Of a DNA stretch of 64,000 nucleotides, positions 58,997-64,000 are shown piece after piece; position 1 is the stretch's first letter, and the number at the start of each line of letters is the position of its first letter. The DNA is from Dehalococcoidia bacterium (GTDB lineage: Bacteria; Chloroflexota; Dehalococcoidia; DSTF01; JACRBR01). The stretch spans positions 116,792 through 180,791 of the forward strand of contig JBBDXE010000008.1 of NCBI GenBank assembly GCA_040902505.1, given 5' to 3'. The notes beneath the pieces were generated by a model. The model was not told where the DNA came from, did no database searches, and saw nothing but the letters and a program-made list of their open reading frames with translations. The position numbers and the translations under genes were made by a program.

Positions 58997-59566
58997 ATGG
59001 ACCGGCAGGCGGCGTGGGATCTCCTCTGCGAATACACGCACGGCGACGGCCTGCGCAAACACGGCCTCGCCGTCGAGACCGTCATGCGCCACTTCGCCCG
59101 CCAGCACGGCGAGGACGAAAACGTGTGGGGCATCACCGGACTCCTCCACGACTTCGACTACGAGCGTTGGCCCACCCAGGAGGGCCACCCCTTCGAGGGC
59201 AACAAGATCCTCACCGAACGCGGCTACCCCGAGGACGTCCGCACCGCCATCATGGGCCACGGCGACTACACCGGCGTGCCCCGCGACACCCTCATGGCGA
59301 AGATGCTCTTCGCCGTCGACGAGCTCACCGGCTTCGTCACCGCCGTCGCCCTTGTCCGCCCCAACAAGAGCATCTTCGAGGTCGAGCCGGCGTCCGTCCG
59401 CAAGAAGATGAAGGACAAGGCCTTCGCGCGGCAGGTGAACCGCGACGACATCATCAACGGCGCTGCTCAACTCGGCGTCGACCTCGAAGCCCACATCTCC
59501 GAAGTGATCGCCGCGCTGAAGGACAACGCCGGTGCCCTCGGCCTGCGCGGCGCCGTCCCCGCCTGA
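58997..59566 (+). CDS. HD-domain phosphohydrolase
   Basis: ..ETVMRHFA....GLLHDFDYERWP.. carries the H..HD motif. Confidence 0.7.
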   Translation: MDRQAAWDLLCEYTHGDGLRKHGLAVETVMRHFARQHGEDENVWGITGLLHDFDYERWPTQEGHPFEGNKILTERGYPEDVRTAIMGHGDYTGVPRDTLMAKMLFAVDELTGFVTAVALVRPNKSIFEVEPASVRKKMKDKAFARQVNRDDIINGAAQLGVDLEAHISEVIAALKDNAGALGLRGAVPA

Positions 59567-59574
59567 CACCTTCG

Positions 59575-60972
59575 ATGCCGCCGCTCTTCCACTACCGCGC
59601 GCTGGATGAGCTTCGCGATGACGCTGCCTCGCGCGGAGTCGCTCTCCGCTTCGAAGGCGACATGGCCCCGCTCGCGCAGCCTCTCCGCATCGGGCCGCTG
59701 CACGTGGCGTCCCGGCTGGCCGTCCACCCCATGGAGGGCTGCGACGGCAACCTCGACGGCACTCCCGGAGATCTGACCTTCCGCCGCTGGCGCCGCTTCG
59801 CCGAGGGCGGCGCCGCCCTCCTCTGGGGCGAGGCGACGGCCGTCGTCCCCGAGGCCCGCGCCAACCCGCGGCAGCTCCTCATCTCCCGCGAGACAGCGGC
59901 CGCCCTGAAGCGCCTCCTCGACGACACACGCGCCGCCCGCCGCACCCGCTTCGGCACGCTCGAAGGCTTCATCGTCGGCCTCCAACTCACCCACTCCGGG
60001 CGCTGGTCGCACCCCCGCCCCCTCGTCGCCCGCCGCAGCCCCGCCGTCGATGCCGTCCGCGGCGCAGACGCCACCCTCCTCGACGACGCTGCCCTCGAAG
60101 CGCTCGAGGACCGCTTCGTCGAGGCTGCGGAGCTGACCCGCAACATCGGCTTCGACTTCGTCGACGTCAAACAGTGCCACACCTATCTGCTGAACGAGCT
60201 GCTCGGCGCCCGCTCCCGCGAAGGTGCCTACGGCGGCAGCTTCGAGCAGCGCACGCGCTTCGTCCGCAACGTCTTCGCGAAGGTCCGCGCCCGCCTCGGC
60301 GATACGATCGTCCTCGCCACGCGCATGAACGTCTACGACGGCGTCCCCTTCGTGGGAGGTGCGGGCGAGACGGGCGTCCCCGCGCCGCACGAACTACCGT
60401 ACGCCGGCGCCTGGGGCACCGACGCCGCCGACCCGGCGCGGCCGGACCTCACCGAGCCGCTGCGACTCATCGGCGACCTGCGCAGCCTCGGTCTGGCGCT
60501 GCTCAACGTCTCCATGGGCAGCCCCTACTACAACCCCCACATCGGCCGGCCCTTCGAACGTCCGCCCGTCGACGGCTACCTCCCGCCCGAACACCCCCTC
60601 GCCGGCGTCGAACGCCACGTGCGGCTCACCGCGGAAGTCCAGCGCTCCCACCCGGACCTCGCCGTCATCGGCACCGGTTACTCGTGGCTGCGCCACTTCG
60701 CGCTGCACGCCGGCGCCGCGAACGTCGCCGATGGCGCCGTGAGCATGGTCGGCCTCGGGCGGGGCGCCCTCGCCTACCCGGACTTCGCCGTCGACGCGCT
60801 GGAGCACGGCTCGATGGAGCGCGACAAGTCGTGCATCGGCGTCAGCTACTGCACCGCCCTGATGCGCGCCAAGCACAACGACCTCGGCCAGTACGCCACT
60901 GGCTGCGTCCCCCGCGACCGCGACTACGCGCCGCTCCTGAAGGACGCCCGCCGCACCGAGGGCTGGGAGTAG
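59575..60972 (+). CDS. Old-Yellow-Enzyme-like NADH:flavin oxidoreductase (TIM barrel)
   Basis: ..VHPMEGCDGN..., ..LQLTHSGRWS.. and ..KQCHTYLLNELL.. motifs of the OYE/2,4-dienoyl-CoA-reductase family. ATG 59575. Confidence 0.7.
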   Translation: MPPLFHYRALDELRDDAASRGVALRFEGDMAPLAQPLRIGPLHVASRLAVHPMEGCDGNLDGTPGDLTFRRWRRFAEGGAALLWGEATAVVPEARANPRQLLISRETAAALKRLLDDTRAARRTRFGTLEGFIVGLQLTHSGRWSHPRPLVARRSPAVDAVRGADATLLDDAALEALEDRFVEAAELTRNIGFDFVDVKQCHTYLLNELLGARSREGAYGGSFEQRTRFVRNVFAKVRARLGDTIVLATRMNVYDGVPFVGGAGETGVPAPHELPYAGAWGTDAADPARPDLTEPLRLIGDLRSLGLALLNVSMGSPYYNPHIGRPFERPPVDGYLPPEHPLAGVERHVRLTAEVQRSHPDLAVIGTGYSWLRHFALHAGAANVADGAVSMVGLGRGALAYPDFAVDALEHGSMERDKSCIGVSYCTALMRAKHNDLGQYATGCVPRDRDYAPLLKDARRTEGWE

Positions 60973-61138
60973 CCCCCGCCCCTCATCCTGCGAGAAGCAT
61001 GAGTCTGCCTCGCACACCGCCGCGACGGGTGCGAGGACACCATCACGTCGCTGTCACCGCCTATTGACACCCCGCACCGCCCCACCTAGGATAGATAGAC
61101 AAAGGATGTTATCGCTTTAGCATTTCGGGAGGAGAGCT

Positions 61139-61954
61139 ATGGCGGACGACACCGACATCATGGTCCCCGCCCGCGAATTCAACGCCGAGAACTTCTTGCC
61201 GGCGGACCTGCTCGCGAACTGGATCCGCCCCCTCGTCGCCGAGATCATCGGGCCCTTCGCGCTGGTCTTCGCCGGCGCCGGCTCCATCATGCTCGCCATC
61301 ACCCAGGGCTACGGCGATGGCGGCACCCTCGTCATGGTGGCGCTCGCCCACGGCCTCGCCATCGGCCTCATGATCGCAGGCGCCGGCCACATCTCCGGCG
61401 GCCACTACAACCCCGCCGTCACCGCCGGGCTCTGGCTCGGAGGCAAGATCGGCACCGTGAAGGCCGTCGCCTACGTCGCCGCCCAGCTCATCGGCGCCAC
61501 CGTCGCCGCCATGCTGCTGAAAGAGATCTTTGACACATCCACCGCATCGCTCGCGAACGCCGTCCCCTCCGTCAACTACGGCGGTGCAGGCGACAACGAC
61601 CTGATCATCGTAGGCAAGCAGAACGCCTTCATCCTGGAAGTCGTCTGCACCTTCTTCCTCGTCTACGTGATCTACGGCGTGGCCGTCGATTCTCGTGGAG
61701 CCCACGCCATCGCCCCCCTCGCCATCGGCCTCACCATCACCATGGACATCCTCTTCGCCGGCCCCCTTACCGGCGCTGCCATGAACCCCTCTCGCCACTT
61801 CGGCCCCGCCCTGGTCGAGGGCGAGTGGAAGGACGGCTGGCTCTACTGGGCCGCCCCGATGCTCGGCGCCACCATCGCGGCGATCGTGCAAAACTACATC
61901 TTCATCCCGAGGAGCCAGGCCGCACCCGAGGCCCGGCCCTCGGAGCACCACTGA
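61139..61954 (+). CDS. MIP/aquaporin-family channel
   Basis: First NPA box (SGGHYNPAVT), second NPS variant (AAMNPSRHFGPAL), six TM helices. Confidence 0.85.
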   Translation: MADDTDIMVPAREFNAENFLPADLLANWIRPLVAEIIGPFALVFAGAGSIMLAITQGYGDGGTLVMVALAHGLAIGLMIAGAGHISGGHYNPAVTAGLWLGGKIGTVKAVAYVAAQLIGATVAAMLLKEIFDTSTASLANAVPSVNYGGAGDNDLIIVGKQNAFILEVVCTFFLVYVIYGVAVDSRGAHAIAPLAIGLTITMDILFAGPLTGAAMNPSRHFGPALVEGEWKDGWLYWAAPMLGATIAAIVQNYIFIPRSQAAPEARPSEHH

Positions 61955-62017
61955 CGACCGGCAGGGGGTGGAGCCCATTGCCCGTAGCGCGACGGCCTCG
62001 TTAGGATGAGGCGACCG

Positions 62018-62072
62018 GCTATGGGCGATGGGGCTCGCCTGGACCGCCCGCGAGGCTGATGGCTCCTACCAG
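62018..62072 (+). ncRNA. Fluoride riboswitch (crcB RNA motif)
   Basis: GGGCGAUGGGGCUCGCCUGGACCGCCCGCGAGGCUGAUGGCUCCUACC aligns block-for-block with the known aptamer core (GGCGAUGG.G..CGCC ... ACCGCC ... CUGAUG.C.CCUAC). It sits directly 5' of crcB. Confidence 0.85.
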
Positions 62073-62090
62073 CGATGGTAGGGGCCTTTT
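62062..62090 (+). terminator. Riboswitch expression-platform terminator hairpin (CCUACC..GGUAGG) followed by a U-tract
   Basis: ctcctaccagcgatggtaggggcctttt. The stem shares the CCUAC segment with the aptamer, the classic fluoride OFF-switch arrangement. Confidence 0.6.
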
Positions 62091-62107
62091 CGTTTGAGCA
62101 GGACGCA

Positions 62108-62476
62108 ATGACCGTCGTCTATCTCGTCATTGGAGGGTCGCTCGGCACTCTCGCCCGCTACGCGCTCAGCGGCCGCGTCGACGACTGGTTCGGCCCCAGC
62201 GCGCTCGGTATCTTCGTCGTCAACATCATCGGGGCGTTTCTCATCGGGCTGTTCCTCACCCTCAGCGAGGAGCGCTTCCTCTGGCCGCCGGAGCTGCGCC
62301 TGCTGGTCGCGGTGGGATTCCTCGGCGCCTTCACCACCTTCTCGACCCTCACCTGGGAGACGTACCAGATGCTGGAGCTGCGTGACGTCGCCGGCGCGAC
62401 GCTGAACCTCGCCGGGAGCGCCGCCTGCGGCATGCTTGCTGTCTATCTGGGGGTGGTGGCCGCGCGTGTCATCTGA
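62108..62476 (+). CDS. crcB: Fluoride channel CrcB/FluC
   Basis: MTVVYLVIGGSLGTLARY...NIIGAFLIGLF.. and the second repeat GFLGAFTTFSTL. ATG 62108 after a GAGCAGGA RBS. The longer form from 62075 would overlap the terminator. Confidence 0.85.
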   Translation: MTVVYLVIGGSLGTLARYALSGRVDDWFGPSALGIFVVNIIGAFLIGLFLTLSEERFLWPPELRLLVAVGFLGAFTTFSTLTWETYQMLELRDVAGATLNLAGSAACGMLAVYLGVVAARVI

Positions 62477-62492
62477 CCACGGAGGTGGGACC

Positions 62493-62855
62493 ATGGACAT
62501 CACAGGACCGGCCAGGCTGCTGAAGGTCTACATCGGCGAAGCCGACAAGTGGCGCGGCAAACCGCTCTCCACCGCGCTGGTCGAGCGCCTGCGCGCCGAG
62601 GGCCTCGCCGGTGCGACCGTCACCCGCGGCGTCGAGGGCTTCGGTGCCAACAGCCGCATCCACACGGCCCACATCCTCCGTCTTTCGGAGGATCTCCCGC
62701 TCGTCGTCGAGGTCGTCGACCGCGCCGAGCGCATCGAACGAATCCTCCCCCTGATCGACGAGATGGTAGGCGACGGACTCGTCACGCTCGCCGACGTGGA
62801 CGTCGTCCACTATCGCCACAGCACGGCGAAGCCGCGGGGCGGTGGCAGCATGTAG
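62493..62855 (+). CDS. DUF190 family protein (fluoride-riboswitch-associated)
   Basis: MDITGPARLLKVYIGEADKWRGKPLSTALVERLRAEGLAGATVTRGVEGFG, the DUF190 core. DUF190 is known to co-occur with crcB. Confidence 0.65.
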   Translation: MDITGPARLLKVYIGEADKWRGKPLSTALVERLRAEGLAGATVTRGVEGFGANSRIHTAHILRLSEDLPLVVEVVDRAERIERILPLIDEMVGDGLVTLADVDVVHYRHSTAKPRGGGSM

Positions 62856-62916
62856 CGTCCGGCTCGACCGGGGCCGGCCCGTGCGCTACGATCGCCTGCG
62901 CGAGAAGGAGGCAGCC

Positions 62917-63288
62917 ATGGCCGACCCGAAGCAGGTGGTGATCGACTTCTGCGCGGCGTGGGACGCCCGGGACCAGCAGCGCATCCTCGACGCCTTCACA
63001 GACGATGCCGTCTACCACAACATCCCCATGCCGCCGGCGAACGGCAAGGACGCCATCAAGGCCCTGCTGAACATGATCCTCACCCCGGCCACCGGCGTCC
63101 GCTTCGACATCAAACAGATCGCTGCGGACGGCGACAAAGTGCTCACCGAGCGCGTCGACACCTTCCGCATGGGCGAACGCACGATCGAGCTGCCCGTGAT
63201 GGGCACGTTCGAGGTCCGCGACGGCAAGATCGCCGCCTGGCGCGACTACTTCGACCTCGCCACCTGGACGAAGCAAGCCTCAGGCTAG
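62917..63288 (+). CDS. SnoaL-like / limonene-1,2-epoxide-hydrolase-like (NTF2 fold) protein
   Basis: ..VVIDFCAAWDARDQQRILDAFTDDAVYHNIPMPP..G.DAIKA.. matches the NTF2-like fold. AAGGAGG RBS before ATG 62917. Confidence 0.55.
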   Translation: MADPKQVVIDFCAAWDARDQQRILDAFTDDAVYHNIPMPPANGKDAIKALLNMILTPATGVRFDIKQIAADGDKVLTERVDTFRMGERTIELPVMGTFEVRDGKIAAWRDYFDLATWTKQASG

Positions 63289-63469
63289 CGCTCGTAGAGC
63301 ACGGGCTTCCAGCCCGCGCGGCTGGAACATCTCTGTCATCCCGAGCGCAGCGAGGGATCTTCGCAAGAGGGATCGTCTGTGCACGCACGGGCCGGCCGAG
63401 AGAACACGCGCGCGTGTCGCGGTCGCGGTCTGATCCGCTTGTGTCGCGGGTTCAAGGCCGGCGCGTCGC

Positions 63470-64000
63470 CTACTTCGCCGTCTCTTCGATGACCGCCACG
63501 AACTTCTCGTTCAGCATCTTCCGCAGCTTCGCCAGGCCGGTGTACGCGATCTCCTCCTGCGAGGCCATCCCCACGCCGAACGGCTGCTGCTGCCGCATCC
63601 AGTCCGCCCGCTCCTGCGCCTGCGCCCGGTAGCGGTCCCACGCCAGGTTGCCGAACACGTCGACCAGGTTCTCGCTGAAGTGCCCTTCGGGGCTGACTGA
63701 GAGCGCCAGGCAACTCACGATCGGCAGGCAGTACGCGCCCGCCACCGCCGTCTTGATCGGCACCGGCATCAGCGGCATCGTGTGCGACCCGCGCGCGTCG
63801 CCCGTGATCAGCGGCGTCAGCCGGAACGGGTCCACCACCTCCTCCAGCGCCGGGAAGATGCGCTGGTTGCGCACGATCATCACCGGGTCGTCCTTCCCCT
63901 GATACGTCCCCGTGATGTTGTGCAGCCGGTCGGTGCTCGCCGCCACTCCTACCTCCCCGGGGTACACTCGGCTCTCGATGCGCGCGACGCCATAGCGGTC
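63470..64000 (-). CDS. Hypothetical protein, 5' end beyond window edge
   Basis: The frame is open from the stop at 63470 to the window end. The first in-window start is GTG 63965-63967. No motif recognised. Confidence 0.35.
   Translation of the reverse strand, partial: DRYGVARIESRVYPGEVGVAASTDRLHNITGTYQGKDDPVMIVRNQRIFPALEEVVDPFRLTPLITGDARGSHTMPLMPVPIKTAVAGAYCLPIVSCLALSVSPEGHFSENLVDVFGNLAWDRYRAQAQERADWMRQQQPFGVGMASQEEIAYTGLAKLRKMLNEKFVAVIEETAK

Noticed and set aside
58655-59569. 304-aa ORF antisense to the HD-domain gene
   Set aside because: Gly/Asp/Ala/Val low-complexity antisense translation. The opposite strand encodes a convincing HD hydrolase.
62075-62476. Longer crcB form starting at 62075
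   Set aside because: It would begin inside the riboswitch terminator hairpin. ATG 62108 follows an RBS and gives the normal CrcB length.

Overview
High-GC (roughly 70%) bacterial chromosomal segment. The gene content and organisation fit a monoderm high-GC lineage (Actinobacteria-like or Chloroflexi/Thermomicrobia-like); I cannot resolve this without database searches.

Main contents, in order along the window:
- 3' end of folC and a nitroreductase.
- A complete Tad/Flp pilus locus: three tandem flp prepilin genes, tadE-like, tadG-like, cpaB, cpaE/tadZ, cpaF/tadA, tadB and tadC. No secretin or TadD gene is present in the window. It is followed without a gap by a gene for an FHA-domain protein with two HPD-less J-like domains.
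- A small membrane ORF, a DUF192 gene and a GAF-degenerate-GGDEF gene.
- trxB-trxA, divergent from a CsoR-family repressor, with a CsoR-type palindromic operator between them.
- The full F1Fo ATP synthase operon on the minus strand (atpB-E-F-H-A-G-D-C, plus a possible atpI/Z). Its a-subunit carries a ~110-aa acidic insertion and a His-rich tail.
- A frameshifted ornithine-cyclodeaminase gene and a DUF151 nuclease.
- Two tandem MFS transporters, then DUF951 and pyrF, murI, an amidase, an ABC1/UbiB kinase, and a putative toxin-antitoxin pair.
- A translationally coupled CoA-transferase / CoA-transferase / GNAT triplet.
- A glycosyltransferase-methyltransferase cluster (GT4, MT, MT-DinB/ClbS fusion, GT4), then a VOC protein and a secreted beta-helix protein.
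- A lower-GC SIR2_2-like gene islet.
- proS, a nucleotidyltransferase, groEL behind a CIRCE element (no groES), an lldD-like oxidase, a secreted protein plus a TolB-like protein, and a peptide ABC substrate-binding protein.
- secG, htpX-lemA, a TatA with a C-terminal zinc ribbon, an HD hydrolase, an OYE flavoenzyme, and an aquaporin.
- A fluoride riboswitch followed by crcB, DUF190 and a SnoaL-like gene.

Two classes of non-genic structure stand out:
- A ~150-bp MITE-like element with 18-bp terminal inverted repeats, present in two near-identical copies. One copy supplies the stop codon of secG.
- A pervasive family of short tandem repeats with a 7-8-nt period (CTGACNG, ACTGARR, GTCACCA, CTCACGG, CCTCCAC/CTGGAGG). 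They fill 3' intergenic spacers, usually oriented so that TGA recurs in all three frames of the upstream gene's strand.

Many ORFs in the six-frame track are antisense or N-terminally over-extended artefacts of the GC content and were not called.
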